A stretch of DNA of 64,000 nucleotides from Actinomycetes bacterium (GCA_037131045.1 JBAXRV010000002.1:6838-70837), one strand, 5' to 3'. Shown: positions 46,934 through 60,057, counted from the first letter of the stretch. The notes: a model not told the origin generated them from the letters alone. Numbers and translations are program-made.

Positions 46934-47809
46934 GTGACACTTGACGGGATTGTTCTTGTAGACAAACCAGAGGGACCCACTTCTCATGACGTTGTGGCTA
47001 TGGTGCGCAAAATCTTTAATACCCGCAAAGTTGGCCACGCAGGAACTTTAGATCCAATGGCAACCGGAATGCTGGTCATCGGCGTCGGACGAGCAACGCG
47101 ATTACTTGGACACCTCACGTTGTCGGATAAAGAGTATGTCGGCACGATTCGGTTAGGCATTGCAACGGATACAGACGACGCCCAAGGGCACGTGACTTCC
47201 ACCGCAACTTGTGGTTCAATCACTGACGAGAAAATTTTGGAAGTGGTACGAAGTTTTCGTGGTCACATTTCACAACGCCCCAGCAGTGTGAGTGCCATCA
47301 AAGTTGATGGTAAACGTGCCTATGCACGTGTGCGCCAGGGTGAGGAAGTCGAACTCAAACCTCGAGATGTCACCGTTCATGATCTGGAGATTCTTTCGAT
47401 TGTTCATCTGGCGCAAGTTGATTGTGTAGATGTCTCGGTTCGTGTGGTGTGCAGCGCTGGCACCTACATTCGCGCTTTAGCCAGAGACATTGGTAAACAG
47501 TTGGGTGTGGGAGGGCATCTCACATCGTTACGCCGAACTCGATCGGGATTGTTCACAACAATGTCTCCTCTGGATGCTTTGCGCGAGACTCCTAAGATGC
47601 TTGACTTAGACGAAGCAATGCGCATGGCGTTTCCATGCATCACGCTTGAAGTTGACGATGCAATTCGGGCTCGACATGGCGTGCGAGTACCTGCGCCTGT
47701 TGATTCGCACTCCGGCATCGTTGGGGTATTTAATCCTGACGGTCATGTCGTGTCGTTGGGTCGAGTTGAAAATGGGGAAGTCTTTCCTGTGGTGGTGTTT
47801 GCAGAATGA
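46934..47809 (+). CDS. truB: tRNA pseudouridine-55 synthase
   Basis: GIVLVDKPEGPTSHDVV and KVGHAGTLDPMATGMLVIGVG (catalytic Asp). Start set to GTG 46934, just after the nrnA stop. Confidence 0.9.
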   Translation: MTLDGIVLVDKPEGPTSHDVVAMVRKIFNTRKVGHAGTLDPMATGMLVIGVGRATRLLGHLTLSDKEYVGTIRLGIATDTDDAQGHVTSTATCGSITDEKILEVVRSFRGHISQRPSSVSAIKVDGKRAYARVRQGEEVELKPRDVTVHDLEILSIVHLAQVDCVDVSVRVVCSAGTYIRALARDIGKQLGVGGHLTSLRRTRSGLFTTMSPLDALRETPKMLDLDEAMRMAFPCITLEVDDAIRARHGVRVPAPVDSHSGIVGVFNPDGHVVSLGRVENGEVFPVVVFAE

Positions 47810-48711
47810 TGACGTCCTCGGTTGTTGCAGTCGGTGTTTTCGATGGTGTCCACGGCGGGCATAAAGTTCTCATTGATCGGGCCAGACGTATTGCAGATCA
47901 ACGCAGCCTGCCGTTAGTAGTGGCATCGTTTAATCCGCATCCAGCTATGGTGTTACGACCAGGCACTTTCTTGGGACTCTTAACATTGCCAGAGCGACGG
48001 GCTGAGTTGCTTCGTGATGCGGGAGCTGACCGTGTCGAGTTTCTGACATTTGACGACACACTGCGAAACATGTCAGCTGATGAATTTGTCGAAAACATAA
48101 TTCAAGGTCGGTTACATGCGGCGGCTGTGGTCGTAGGACGCAATTTCCGTTTTGGGCGAAAAGCGAGCGGTGATGTCGATGCATTACAGGTATTAGCCAA
48201 TAAGTATGGATTCGATGTCGATGTTGTGGATTTAGCTGGTGATACCCAATCGTGGTCATCCACTCGTATTCGCCAAGCCATTTTGGCTGGCGATGTTGCT
48301 ATGGCTCGAGACCTACTGGCACGACCTCACCGACTCAGCGGACCGGTCGTCCATGGAGATCACCGTGGACGAGAACTAGGTTTTCCCACAGCAAATATTG
48401 CGGTGCCAGAAGAATTGCTCATTCCTATGGACGGTGTGTATTCGGCCATTGTGCGGGTAGCTGGTCAGTCGTATCCTGCTGCTGTCAGCATTGGGACCAA
48501 CCCCACGTTTGAAGGAGTTCTCAGTAGGCGAGTAGAGGCTCATGTCATTGGTCACACCGATCTTGACCTTTATGGTCAGATGGCAGACCTTGATTTCATT
48601 GACTTTGTTCGTCCAATGCTCAAGTTTGAGGGTATTGATCCCCTGATTGCGGCCATGAATAACGATGTTGTACTCGCGAGTGCTCAGATTTCCGATTTCC
48701 TTGATTCATAG
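47806..48711 (+). CDS. ribF: Bifunctional riboflavin kinase / FMN adenylyltransferase
   Basis: AVGVFDGVHGGH N-terminal nucleotidyltransferase motif and C-terminal GDHRGRELGFPTAN kinase motif. ATGA overlap with truB. Confidence 0.9.
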   Translation: MMTSSVVAVGVFDGVHGGHKVLIDRARRIADQRSLPLVVASFNPHPAMVLRPGTFLGLLTLPERRAELLRDAGADRVEFLTFDDTLRNMSADEFVENIIQGRLHAAAVVVGRNFRFGRKASGDVDALQVLANKYGFDVDVVDLAGDTQSWSSTRIRQAILAGDVAMARDLLARPHRLSGPVVHGDHRGRELGFPTANIAVPEELLIPMDGVYSAIVRVAGQSYPAAVSIGTNPTFEGVLSRRVEAHVIGHTDLDLYGQMADLDFIDFVRPMLKFEGIDPLIAAMNNDVVLASAQISDFLDS

Positions 48712-48741
48712 GCTTCCTGATAGCCTGAGGTCTGACGAATT

Positions 48742-48762
48742 CGGGGCGGGCGCCCCGATTTT
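48742..48762 (+). terminator. Putative intrinsic terminator downstream of ribF
   Basis: CGGGGC-GGGC-GCCCCG (6-bp G+C stem, 4-nt loop, 48742-48757) followed by ATTTT (48758-48762), 31 nt after the ribF stop. It could alternatively belong to an rpsO leader structure. Confidence 0.55.
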
Positions 48763-48794
48763 CGCGACTAACCAAGCGCCCGAGAGGAAATAAC

Positions 48795-49064
48795 ATGCCC
48801 TTAGAAACTTCAGTTAAGCAGGCCATCATCGCTGAATTCGGCACCAAGCCAGGCGACACAGGAAGCCCAGAAGTTCAAATTGCACTATTAACCCGTCGTA
48901 TCAATGATCTGACAGGTCACCTAAAGACTCACAAGCACGATCACCACAGCCGTCGCGGATTGCTTCTGCTCGTTGGTCAACGTCGTCGCTTGCTCGATTA
49001 CCTCACCAAGACAGATATCAGCCGTTACCGTTCGATCATCGAACGTCTCGGGATCCGTCGCTAA
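48795..49064 (+). CDS. rpsO: 30S ribosomal protein S15
   Basis: 89 aa with [38 protein letters not shown], a canonical S15 sequence. Confidence 0.95.
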   Translation: MPLETSVKQAIIAEFGTKPGDTGSPEVQIALLTRRINDLTGHLKTHKHDHHSRRGLLLLVGQRRRLLDYLTKTDISRYRSIIERLGIRR

Positions 49065-49262
49065 TTATCACGTCATGGCCAGCCGAACGTCGGTTGACCA
49101 TTCGGGGTAACCGCGTTCTATCGCATTTGATGGTTCGGTCCTCGGTAGTGATGTTCGAAAATTTCTTTCGCGCATCTCGATCGAAGATCGTACATCGCAG
49201 CTGACTCGAGGTCAGCACCGATTACGTTCGCGGCTTACCCCCTTATCAAATAGGGAGTACCT
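49065..49262 (+). promoter_or_regulatory. Structured rpsO-pnp intergenic leader (candidate Actino-pnp-type autoregulatory RNA)
   Basis: 198-nt non-coding gap in an otherwise gap-free region. Hairpins seen by eye: GGCCAGCCGA-ACG-TCGGTTGACC (49077-49099, one mismatch) and GCTGAC-TCGAG-GTCAGC (49200-49216). GGGAG Shine-Dalgarno at 49253-49257. Covariance-model identity was not tested. Confidence 0.45.
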
Positions 49263-51470
49263 ATGTCGCAAGTCCATTCAAGCGTTGCTGTGATCGATAA
49301 CGGATCATATGGCAAACGCACAATCAAGTTCGAAACGGGTCGATTGGCCCGTCAAGCCGGCGGAACTGCCTCTGTGTTCCTTGATGACCAAACCATGCTG
49401 CTGTCTACAACAACTGCAGGTAAGTCACCAAAAGATCAGTTCGACTTCTTCCCACTGACCGTAGACGTTGAAGAACGTATGTATGCAGTTGGACGTATCC
49501 CAGGTTCGTTCTTCCGTCGCGAAGGCCGTCCTAGCGAAGACGCAATTTTGACATGTCGTTTGATTGACCGTCCACTGCGCCCGTCATTCATCAAGGGACT
49601 TCGTAATGAAGTTCAGGTCGTTGTGACGGTACTGTCACTTAATCCCAACGATTTGTACGATGTTATTGCAATTAACGCTGCATCAATGTCGACGCAACTT
49701 GCCGGATTGCCTTACTCGGGTCCAATCGGTGGCGTACGTGTTGCTCTTATCAAGGGTCAGTGGGTTGCATTCCCGACTCACGAACAACTTGAAGATGCAG
49801 TGTTTGACATGGTTGTTGCAGGTCGCATCGTTGAAGATGACATTGCAATCATGATGGTTGAAGCTGAAGCTACCGAAAATACAATCGATTTAATCAAGGG
49901 TGGCGCTACGGCTCCTACTGAAGAGATTGTTGCTGAAGGTCTCGATGCCTCAAAGCCATTCATTCGCGCACTCTGTGTGGCACAAAGTGAACTAGCCGCC
50001 GTTGCAGCAAAAGAAACCGCAGTATTCCCAATCTTCTTGGATTATGAAGCAGACGTATTTGCTGCCGTTGAAACTGCAATCGGTACTGAACTTGCTGCGG
50101 CTCTCACTATTGCTGGAAAGCAAGAGCGCGAGACTGAACTTGATCGCATTAAGGAACTCACGGTTGAGCGCGTTGGCGCACAATTCGAGGGACGCGAAAA
50201 GGAAGTCAGCGCAGCTTTGCGTTCCGTGACTAAGAAAGTTGTACGTAAGCGCGTCATCAAGGACAAGATTCGTATTGATGGTCGTGGGCTTGCTGACATT
50301 CGTGAACTTTCGGCTGAAGTTGATGTGCTACCTCGCACACACGGCTCTGCGCTTTTTGAGCGTGGCGAGACTCAGATTCTTGGAGTCACAACATTGAACA
50401 TGCTCAAGTTAGAGCAGCAGCTTGATACGTTGTCGCCAGTTACGGTGAAGCGATACATGCACAACTACAACTTCCCTCCTTACTCAACAGGTGAGACTGG
50501 TCGTGTAGGAAGCCCGAAGCGTCGCGAAATTGGCCACGGTGCTCTTGCTGAGCGTGCTCTGGTTCCAGTTTTGCCTAAGCGTGAGGAATTCCCATATGCC
50601 ATTCGTCAGGTGTCTGAAGCATTAGGTTCCAATGGTTCAACATCCATGGGATCTGTGTGTGCTTCGACCATGTCACTACTCAATGCTGGTGTTCCATTGA
50701 AGGCGCCAGTTGCCGGAATTGCAATGGGCTTGATCAGTGAAGTAGTAGATGGCAAAACAGAATACGTTGCATTAACTGACATTCTTGGTGCTGAAGATGC
50801 CTATGGCGACATGGACTTCAAGGTTGCAGGAACAAAAGAATTTGTAACAGCTCTGCAACTAGATACCAAGCTTGATGGAATTCCAGCATCTGTTCTTGCA
50901 AGTGCTTTGACGCAGGCCAAAGATGCACGTCTTTCAATTCTTGAAGTCATGATGGAAGCCATTGATACTCCAGATGAGATGTCGCTATTCGCGCCACGCA
51001 TCATCACTGTCAACATCCCAGTCGACAAGATTGGTGAAGTGATTGGTCCAAAGGGCAAAATCATCAACCAGATCCAAGAAGAAACTGGCGCGGACATCAG
51101 TATTGATGACGACGGCACGGTTTACATTGGTGCAAGCAACGGCGAAGCCGCCGAAGCAGCACGTGCTCAGGTGAATGCCATCGCGAACCCAAGCATGCCT
51201 GAAATTGGCGAACGCTACATGGGAACAGTCGTTAAGACAACAAACTTTGGTGCGTTCATCTCCTTGTCTCCTGGCAAGGACGGTCTGCTTCACATCAGCC
51301 AATTGCGCAAGCTTTCTGGTGGTAAGCGCGTTGAAGCAGTCGAAGATGTAGTCAAGGTGGGCGACAAGGTTCACGTCGAGATTGCTGAAATCGATCCGCG
51401 TGGAAAGCTTTCACTGATTCCTGTAGTTGAAGGTCAAGAAAACGATTCTGAAAGTGAAGACGAGAGTTAA
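49263..51470 (+). CDS. pnp: Polyribonucleotide nucleotidyltransferase (PNPase)
   Basis: Two RNase PH domains, a KH domain ([17 protein letters not shown]) and an S1 domain ([15 protein letters not shown]). 735 aa. Confidence 0.95.
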   Translation: MSQVHSSVAVIDNGSYGKRTIKFETGRLARQAGGTASVFLDDQTMLLSTTTAGKSPKDQFDFFPLTVDVEERMYAVGRIPGSFFRREGRPSEDAILTCRLIDRPLRPSFIKGLRNEVQVVVTVLSLNPNDLYDVIAINAASMSTQLAGLPYSGPIGGVRVALIKGQWVAFPTHEQLEDAVFDMVVAGRIVEDDIAIMMVEAEATENTIDLIKGGATAPTEEIVAEGLDASKPFIRALCVAQSELAAVAAKETAVFPIFLDYEADVFAAVETAIGTELAAALTIAGKQERETELDRIKELTVERVGAQFEGREKEVSAALRSVTKKVVRKRVIKDKIRIDGRGLADIRELSAEVDVLPRTHGSALFERGETQILGVTTLNMLKLEQQLDTLSPVTVKRYMHNYNFPPYSTGETGRVGSPKRREIGHGALAERALVPVLPKREEFPYAIRQVSEALGSNGSTSMGSVCASTMSLLNAGVPLKAPVAGIAMGLISEVVDGKTEYVALTDILGAEDAYGDMDFKVAGTKEFVTALQLDTKLDGIPASVLASALTQAKDARLSILEVMMEAIDTPDEMSLFAPRIITVNIPVDKIGEVIGPKGKIINQIQEETGADISIDDDGTVYIGASNGEAAEAARAQVNAIANPSMPEIGERYMGTVVKTTNFGAFISLSPGKDGLLHISQLRKLSGGKRVEAVEDVVKVGDKVHVEIAEIDPRGKLSLIPVVEGQENDSESEDES

Positions 51471-51474
51471 GAAC

Positions 51475-53859
<2,385 letters not shown>

Positions 53860-53860
<1 letters not shown>

Positions 53861-54561
53861 CAAAGATCCCCCTGCTTTGACCAAGACCAACCCACAATGA
53901 ATGCGACCGTAGATGCGGCAAGCACTGGGATACCAGCTGGCATCACAGGTGTCAGAGTGAGTGCGACGAGCGCTCCGCCCAGTGCAGTTGCAGCAGCATA
54001 GCGACTCTTAATCTGTGGCCAAACTAAAGCGAAGAGTCCTGCGGCAATCGCAGCATCTAGTCCTAGCGCCTTTGGGTCACCGATTGCGCTGGCTGTCACT
54101 GAACCCAAAAGCGTGGCTAAGTTCCACAAAACAAATACCGACAGGCCGGTAGACCAAAAACCCAGACGCGATGCGCGGCCGTTGTCGACGGCTTCATCCT
54201 GTGCCAGACCCATTGCAGTTGATTCGTCGATTGTGAGGTGACTTGCCAGAATTTTGCGTGCACCATTGACTTTCAAAATCGGTGCCATACGAAGTGAGTA
54301 CGCAGCATTTCGAGTGCCTAGCAGCATTGCTGCGGCAATTGCTGCGAGCGACCCACCACCTGAAGCAATTGTGCTCACGAGAGCGAATTGACTTGCTCCA
54401 GTGAACATCAGCAGCGATAAGGCTTGAGTCTGCGCGATAGTGAGACCTGTTGTGGCGCCTAACGCACCAAACGAAACGCCATAAATGGCAACAGCAACGC
54501 CAATACTTGCTGCCTTACGCGAAATGTCGGAACGTAGTGCGATCCATTCCTGATGAGTCAC
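53860..54561 (-). CDS. azlC: AzlC family branched-chain amino acid permease component
   Basis: YGVSFGALG, LSLLMFTGASQFA and LLGTRNAAYSL are AzlC family blocks. Start set to GTG 54561 (GTGA overlap with the upstream small ORF stop). Confidence 0.75.
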
Positions 54562-54851
54562 TGCCACCGCACTTGGTTGCGTTGTCGGGCCTGCGCCGCA
54601 CCGGCATATGAACTGATGTCGATGACGAAGCCAAGTGCGACAAAGAACCAACTAAAGCCTGATACGGATCCATTCCACCAAAACATCACAACGTAGAACA
54701 ACTCAGTGAACGGCAGAAATAGCCAACCCACAATGGAAGTTCCGTGATGACCTTCGAATGCTTGTCCAATTCGCCCAGTAAATAGGGCAATGAGCACAAG
54801 AGTGAAACGAGGGGCAAGTGAACCAAGGGCCAAGGAGAGACATCCACACAT
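54558..54851 (-). CDS. Small hypothetical membrane protein (three predicted TM segments)
   Basis: 97 aa. ATG preceded by AAGGTAAAGG. GTGA-coupled to azlC. No family recognised. Confidence 0.4.
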   Translation of the reverse strand: MCGCLSLALGSLAPRFTLVLIALFTGRIGQAFEGHHGTSIVGWLFLPFTELFYVVMFWWNGSVSGFSWFFVALGFVIDISSYAGAAQARQRNQVRWQ

Positions 54852-54883
54852 ACCTTTACCTTACGCAAGACTAGGCTCATCCT

Positions 54884-55783
54884 GTGACCCGTACCCGCTC
54901 TGGATTTCTGTTTGCACTCGTTGGCGTTGTGATATTTTCATTTACTTTGCCCATGGTGAAAATTGCGCTCCCATCGCTTAGTCCGTGGACGATCACGTTA
55001 GGTCGCATGGCTATCGCAGGTACGACCGCACTAATTGTGCTGACGTTGCGAAAGACACCTTTGCCAGACCGCTCGCTCTGGCGAACAATTTTTTATACTG
55101 GGCTGGGTATCAGTTTAGGTTTTCCAATTTTTAGCACGCTGGCGCTGCAGCGAACCACATCAGCACATGCAGCGGTGATTATCGCGGGATTGCCGCTAGC
55201 AACTGCTGTACTAGCGGTGCTGCGTCATAAGGAAAAAGTGGCGCCGATGTTTTGGTTCGGTGCTGTTATCGGAAGCCTCACGCTCATGGTGTACGCGTGG
55301 CATCATGGCGGAAGCCAAGGTGCTGACCCAGTGGCTGACGTGCTTTTGATTGGCGCTGTCTTGTCATCGGCATTCGGATACTCCGAAGGTGCAATACTCA
55401 CGAGGTCCATGCCTGGTTGGCAAGTGGTGTCGTGGTGTGTAGTCATGTTCCTGCCAGTGAGCAGTATTGGCGCGATTGCCACATTCTTTGCAGGGCGACA
55501 GACTCACACCGTTGAGCTGAAGGGCTTTTTGGCCTTCTTGTTTGTCTCATTTGGTTCCATGTATTTAGGCTTTTTTGCGTGGTACCGCGGATTGTCGGTG
55601 CTCGGTGTTGCTCGAGGCTCCCAAGTGCAGCTCATCCAACCCATCATGACTTTGTTGTGGTCCAGTCTGCTGCTGGGCGAACACATCGGTGCCACTTCGA
55701 TTATTGCCGCGGTGATAGTGCTCTCGTGTGTCCTGCTCACGCAACGGGCTCGTCATTTTGCGGTCATTGCCCCGGCCGATTAA
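54884..55783 (+). CDS. EamA/DMT family transporter
   Basis: 299 aa, ten hydrophobic segments arranged as two EamA-like halves. GTG start. Confidence 0.75.
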   Translation: MTRTRSGFLFALVGVVIFSFTLPMVKIALPSLSPWTITLGRMAIAGTTALIVLTLRKTPLPDRSLWRTIFYTGLGISLGFPIFSTLALQRTTSAHAAVIIAGLPLATAVLAVLRHKEKVAPMFWFGAVIGSLTLMVYAWHHGGSQGADPVADVLLIGAVLSSAFGYSEGAILTRSMPGWQVVSWCVVMFLPVSSIGAIATFFAGRQTHTVELKGFLAFLFVSFGSMYLGFFAWYRGLSVLGVARGSQVQLIQPIMTLLWSSLLLGEHIGATSIIAAVIVLSCVLLTQRARHFAVIAPAD

Positions 55784-55880
55784 CACCCAAATTGCCAATA
55801 AGTACACCTGGTTATAGGCTTAATTACGAAACCAGATAGTTGCATAAATCAAACTATCCCAAGCGCGAAGGTTTATAGCA

Positions 55881-56723
55881 ATGATTGGCAACTACCTCAT
55901 CGGTTTCCGAGAAGGTATTGAAGCATCGCTCATTGTGAGCATTCTGATCACATATTTGGTCCGTACGCAACGCGAATTTCTTATTCGATTTGTTTGGGTC
56001 GGAGTGCTTGGAGCGATCATTGTTAGTGCCGCAGTAGCCGGAGTGCTTCAGGGTATTTCGACTGAACTTTCCGACCACGCTGAGCCCATTTTTGCCGGGA
56101 CCATGTCATGTGTGGCAGTTGGTTTTGTGACGTGGATGATTTTCTGGATGAAACGAAGCGCAAAAACAATCGCTGGTGAACTACGCGGGCGACTCGATAC
56201 TGCCGCGCTTGCTGGTGGCGCAGTCGCTGTGGCATCGATGGCCTTCTTTGCAGTTGTGCGTGAAGGAACAGAAACGGCAGTTTTCTTTTGGGCTGCCGCG
56301 CATGCTACGGGACACCAGGGCGCCTCCTTTGTTGGGCTACTTCTGGGGCTAGTGACAGCCGCCTTTATTGGTTTCCTCGTGTTCAAATCCTCGGCCAAAA
56401 TCAACCTACGAACCCTTTTTAATGTCACTGGAGTTGCCCTGGTTTTTGTTGCAGCAGGTGTCTTGTCCTATGGGATAGCCGAGTTCCAGGAGGTGGGTCT
56501 GCTGACAATAGGGACAGGAACAGCACTGAATCTGAGTTCCTATCTCACAGATGGGTCAGTGCAAGCAGTACTTGCCGCGGGCCTTTTTAATCTCAAAGCG
56601 ATCACGTCGACACTGCAAGTTGCGGCCTACCTTGTGTACGTCATCGTGGTGTTGTCTCTGATCCTGAGACCGTCACGTAGCTCGCTGACATCAACACCTG
56701 TACCTGACCGCACCACGGTATAA
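55881..56723 (+). CDS. efeU: FTR1/EfeU family high-affinity iron permease
   Basis: Two REGxE motifs (FREGIEASLIV and VVREGTETAVFF) in TM1 and TM4, seven TM segments. Confidence 0.8.
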   Translation: MIGNYLIGFREGIEASLIVSILITYLVRTQREFLIRFVWVGVLGAIIVSAAVAGVLQGISTELSDHAEPIFAGTMSCVAVGFVTWMIFWMKRSAKTIAGELRGRLDTAALAGGAVAVASMAFFAVVREGTETAVFFWAAAHATGHQGASFVGLLLGLVTAAFIGFLVFKSSAKINLRTLFNVTGVALVFVAAGVLSYGIAEFQEVGLLTIGTGTALNLSSYLTDGSVQAVLAAGLFNLKAITSTLQVAAYLVYVIVVLSLILRPSRSSLTSTPVPDRTTV

Positions 56724-56749
56724 AGGCCCGCTACCGATACTCTGGATTC

Positions 56750-57469
56750 GTGTCAGACCAAATCCGCTTTCGTAGTGATGTCACTGTCGAACTCATTAAG
56801 CACTCGGCTAGTGACGCCGATGTAGTGTGGGCAGCGCGGGTGTCCACCAAAGGTGAGCAATCTCAGGATGACATGCATGCTGATGCGTCAAAGTCGTCAG
56901 GTCTGATTAATTACCTCATGCGGGATCGGCATGGCTCACCTTTTGAGCATTCCAACATCACGTTCTTTGTGCAAGCACCGATTTTTATGTGGCGGGAACA
57001 TTTTCGGCACCGTATTGCCAGTTACAACGAAGAGTCGGGACGCTACAAGGTTTTAGAACCTGAGTTCTATGTTCCAGGACCGGAACGCAAGCTCATCCAA
57101 GTGGGTAAAGCTGGAGCATATGATTTTGTCGATGGGTCCCAAGAGCAATTCGATATTGTCAATGAACAGACTAGACACGCGTGTGCTGTTGCCTACGAAG
57201 CCTACGAAAAAATGCTCGAGGCAGGTGTAGCGCGTGAGGTGGCTCGAATTGTTTTGCCGGTCACGATTTATTCATCAGCTTATGTCACGATGAACGCGCG
57301 TGCGTTGATGAACTTTCTGAGTTTACGTCGCAAAGCAGAGGGGTCACACTTCCCATCTTTCCCACAACGTGAAATTGAAATGGTCGCAGAAAAGTACGAA
57401 GCAATTTTTGAAGACTTGATGCCACTCACGCATGCAGCGTTCGTGGCCAATGGGCGAGTAGCCCCTTAA
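56750..57469 (+). CDS. thyX: FAD-dependent thymidylate synthase
   Basis: ThyX signature RHRIASYNEESGRY (RHRxxSxxxxSxR). 239 aa. GTG start. Confidence 0.9.
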   Translation: MSDQIRFRSDVTVELIKHSASDADVVWAARVSTKGEQSQDDMHADASKSSGLINYLMRDRHGSPFEHSNITFFVQAPIFMWREHFRHRIASYNEESGRYKVLEPEFYVPGPERKLIQVGKAGAYDFVDGSQEQFDIVNEQTRHACAVAYEAYEKMLEAGVAREVARIVLPVTIYSSAYVTMNARALMNFLSLRRKAEGSHFPSFPQREIEMVAEKYEAIFEDLMPLTHAAFVANGRVAP

Positions 57470-57478
57470 GGAGTGAGC

Positions 57479-58375
57479 ATGAAAGCAACTGACGCATTCG
57501 GCACCGTACTGACGGCCATGGTCACACCCTTCACACGCGACGGCTCTGCAATTGACTTTGATGCAGCTGCGCAGCTAGCTAATGACCTTGTTGATCTTGG
57601 TAATAACGGACTTGTCGTCAATGGCACCACCGGTGAGTCGCCAACAACTGACGAACATGAAAAGCGTGCGTTACTCGAATGTGTTATTTCTGCTGTTGGA
57701 GATCGAGCCAAAGTAATAGCCGGTGCTGGTTCCAATGACACTGCGCACTCGGTATTGCTTGCTAAGGATGCAGCCCAAGCGGGAGCTCACGGGCTGTTGG
57801 TTGTGACGCCTTATTACAACAAGCCGCCACAGGCGGGCGTTATTGCGCACATGCATGCGGTTGCTGACGCCACAGATCTTCCTGTGATGGTTTATGACAT
57901 TCCTGGGCGTACTGGTATTCCCATCACATCTGAGTCGTTGATGACTTTGGCAGAACATCCACGCATTTTGGCAAACAAAGATGCAAAGGGCGACCCATGG
58001 GCGGCTTCGCAAGTGATGGCAAAATCCGACATGGCGTATTACTCTGGCGATGACGGTTTGAACTTAGCGCTTCTGGCAATCGGTGCTGTCGGTGTCGTGA
58101 GCGTTACAGGTCACATCGTGGCTGACCGACACAAAGCAATGGTGCAAGCGGTTGCAGCGAATGACTTGGATACAGCGCGCACAATTAATCAAGGACTTGT
58201 TCCCATCACCGAAGGTTTGATGACAAAAGCAGGCGGCGCCATCATGGTCAAAGCCGCGCTTGATTTATTGAGACGCGTGGGTGGTGGGACGTTGCGACTT
58301 CCACTCGTATCGGCAACGCCGGCTCAAATTGATCAACTTCGTGCTGATCTTCGCGCAGGTGGATTCACCCTGTGA
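57479..58375 (+). CDS. dapA: 4-hydroxy-tetrahydrodipicolinate synthase
   Basis: GTVLTAMVTPF, VNGTTGES, YNKP and ANKDA (Schiff-base Lys region). ATG 57479 with AAGGAG 5 nt upstream is preferred over the ORF-track GTG at 57473. Confidence 0.9.
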   Translation: MKATDAFGTVLTAMVTPFTRDGSAIDFDAAAQLANDLVDLGNNGLVVNGTTGESPTTDEHEKRALLECVISAVGDRAKVIAGAGSNDTAHSVLLAKDAAQAGAHGLLVVTPYYNKPPQAGVIAHMHAVADATDLPVMVYDIPGRTGIPITSESLMTLAEHPRILANKDAKGDPWAASQVMAKSDMAYYSGDDGLNLALLAIGAVGVVSVTGHIVADRHKAMVQAVAANDLDTARTINQGLVPITEGLMTKAGGAIMVKAALDLLRRVGGGTLRLPLVSATPAQIDQLRADLRAGGFTL

Positions 58376-60057
58376 CACATGCTCACCCTGAGTTAGGCGC
58401 TCCACCGGCACTTGATGATTCGACTCTGCGGGTCGTCGCATTAGGCGGACTAGGTGAGATCGGTCGCAACATGACCGTATTTGAATACCGCGGCAAGTTG
58501 CTCATCGTGGATTGTGGAGTGCTTTTTCCCGAAGATTCGCAACCTGGTGTCGATTTGATTTTGCCCGACTTTGACTACATTCGCGATCGACTCGATGACG
58601 TTCTTGCCGTGGTGTTAACACATGGGCATGAAGATCACATTGGCGCTGTTCCGTATTTGTTAAGGGAACGAGCAAACATCCCCATTTTGGGTTCGCAACT
58701 GACCCTTGCCCTGGTTGAAGCCAAACTTAAAGAACACCGCATCACTCCAGTCAGTGTGACTGTGCGCGAAGGCCAGAACGAACTCATCGGCGAGTTTGCA
58801 CTTGAATTTATTGCCGTGAACCATTCCATCCCGGATGCATTAGCGGTATTTATCAATACACCTGCGGGCTCTGTATTGATCACTGGCGATTTTAAGATGG
58901 ACCAATTGCCCCTTGATGGCCGAGTCACTGATCTGAATGCGTTTGCTCGACTTGGCGATGCAGGTGTTGACCTCTTTATGGTGGATTCCACTAATGCTGA
59001 GGTTCCAGGCTTTGTGACGAGTGAACGTGACATCATCCCAGTTCTCGATTCAATAATCGGACGGGCTCGTGGGCGAGTCATCGTGGCATCGTTTGCTTCG
59101 CACGTGCATCGAGTACAGCAAATTATCGATGTCTCAACATCACACGGACGCAAGGTTGCCTTTGTTGGACGATCTATGGTGCGCAACATGAAAGTGGCTA
59201 GTGATCTTGGATATCTGACCATTCCTGAAAATACGCTGATTAGTAGTGACGAGATTCAAACGCGCCCTGACGACGAATCGGTTTTGATTTGTACTGGTTC
59301 GCAAGGAGAGCCGATGGCAGTTCTCTCGCGGATAGCCAATCGCGATCATGGAATAACTATCGGACCTGATGACACCGTGATTCTGGCATCGTCTTTGATT
59401 CCAGGAAATGAAAATGCAGTAAACCGAATTATCAACGAGCTGTCTCGACAGGGCGCACGAATCGTGCACAAAGGTAATGCGTTAGTTCACGTGTCAGGTC
59501 ATGCTGCAGCGGGTGAGCTGTTGTACTGCTACAACATTGTTAAGCCGAAGAATGTCATGCCAATCCACGGTGAATGGCGTCACTTGCGCGCAAATGCCGC
59601 ATTAGCGATTCGCACAGGTGTTGAGCCAGAACGTGTAGTGCTCGCCGACGATGGTGTGGTTATTGATTTGACTCAGGGCAAAGCTCGTATCGTTGGTGCA
59701 GTGCCCTGTGGCTTTGTCTATGTGGATGGTTCCAGTGTCGGTGATGTGACCGAAACGCTACTTAAGGATCGACGCATTTTGGGTGAAGAAGGTTTCATCA
59801 GTGTTGTCACAGCAGTTGATCTTGTTGAAGGCAAAGTTGTTGCTGGGCCCGAAATTCATGCACGTGGTTTCGGTGAAAATGACCGTGTCTTTGACGAAGT
59901 GCTTCCGACATTACGCATTGCGCTAGAAAAGGCGTTGGCCGATGGGGTGACAGATACCCACCAGCTTGCCCAAATTGTGCGACGTGTAGTCGGCAAGTGG
60001 GTGGGCGATAAGCATCGTCGCCGACCGATGATTGTGCCGGTTGTCATCGAAGGCTAA
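58372..60057 (+). CDS. rnj: Ribonuclease J
   Basis: Metallo-beta-lactamase motif LTHGHEDHIG, beta-CASP region, HVSGHA. 561 aa. GTGA overlap with dapA. Confidence 0.9.
   Translation: MTHAHPELGAPPALDDSTLRVVALGGLGEIGRNMTVFEYRGKLLIVDCGVLFPEDSQPGVDLILPDFDYIRDRLDDVLAVVLTHGHEDHIGAVPYLLRERANIPILGSQLTLALVEAKLKEHRITPVSVTVREGQNELIGEFALEFIAVNHSIPDALAVFINTPAGSVLITGDFKMDQLPLDGRVTDLNAFARLGDAGVDLFMVDSTNAEVPGFVTSERDIIPVLDSIIGRARGRVIVASFASHVHRVQQIIDVSTSHGRKVAFVGRSMVRNMKVASDLGYLTIPENTLISSDEIQTRPDDESVLICTGSQGEPMAVLSRIANRDHGITIGPDDTVILASSLIPGNENAVNRIINELSRQGARIVHKGNALVHVSGHAAAGELLYCYNIVKPKNVMPIHGEWRHLRANAALAIRTGVEPERVVLADDGVVIDLTQGKARIVGAVPCGFVYVDGSSVGDVTETLLKDRRILGEEGFISVVTAVDLVEGKVVAGPEIHARGFGENDRVFDEVLPTLRIALEKALADGVTDTHQLAQIVRRVVGKWVGDKHRRRPMIVPVVIEG

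Noticed and set aside
55801-55840. IdeR/DtxR iron box upstream of the FTR1 permease
   Set aside because: Compared by eye with the 19-bp consensus TTAGGTTAGGCTAACCTAA, only the central AGGCT and scattered flanking positions match. I report only the inverted repeat, not an IdeR site.
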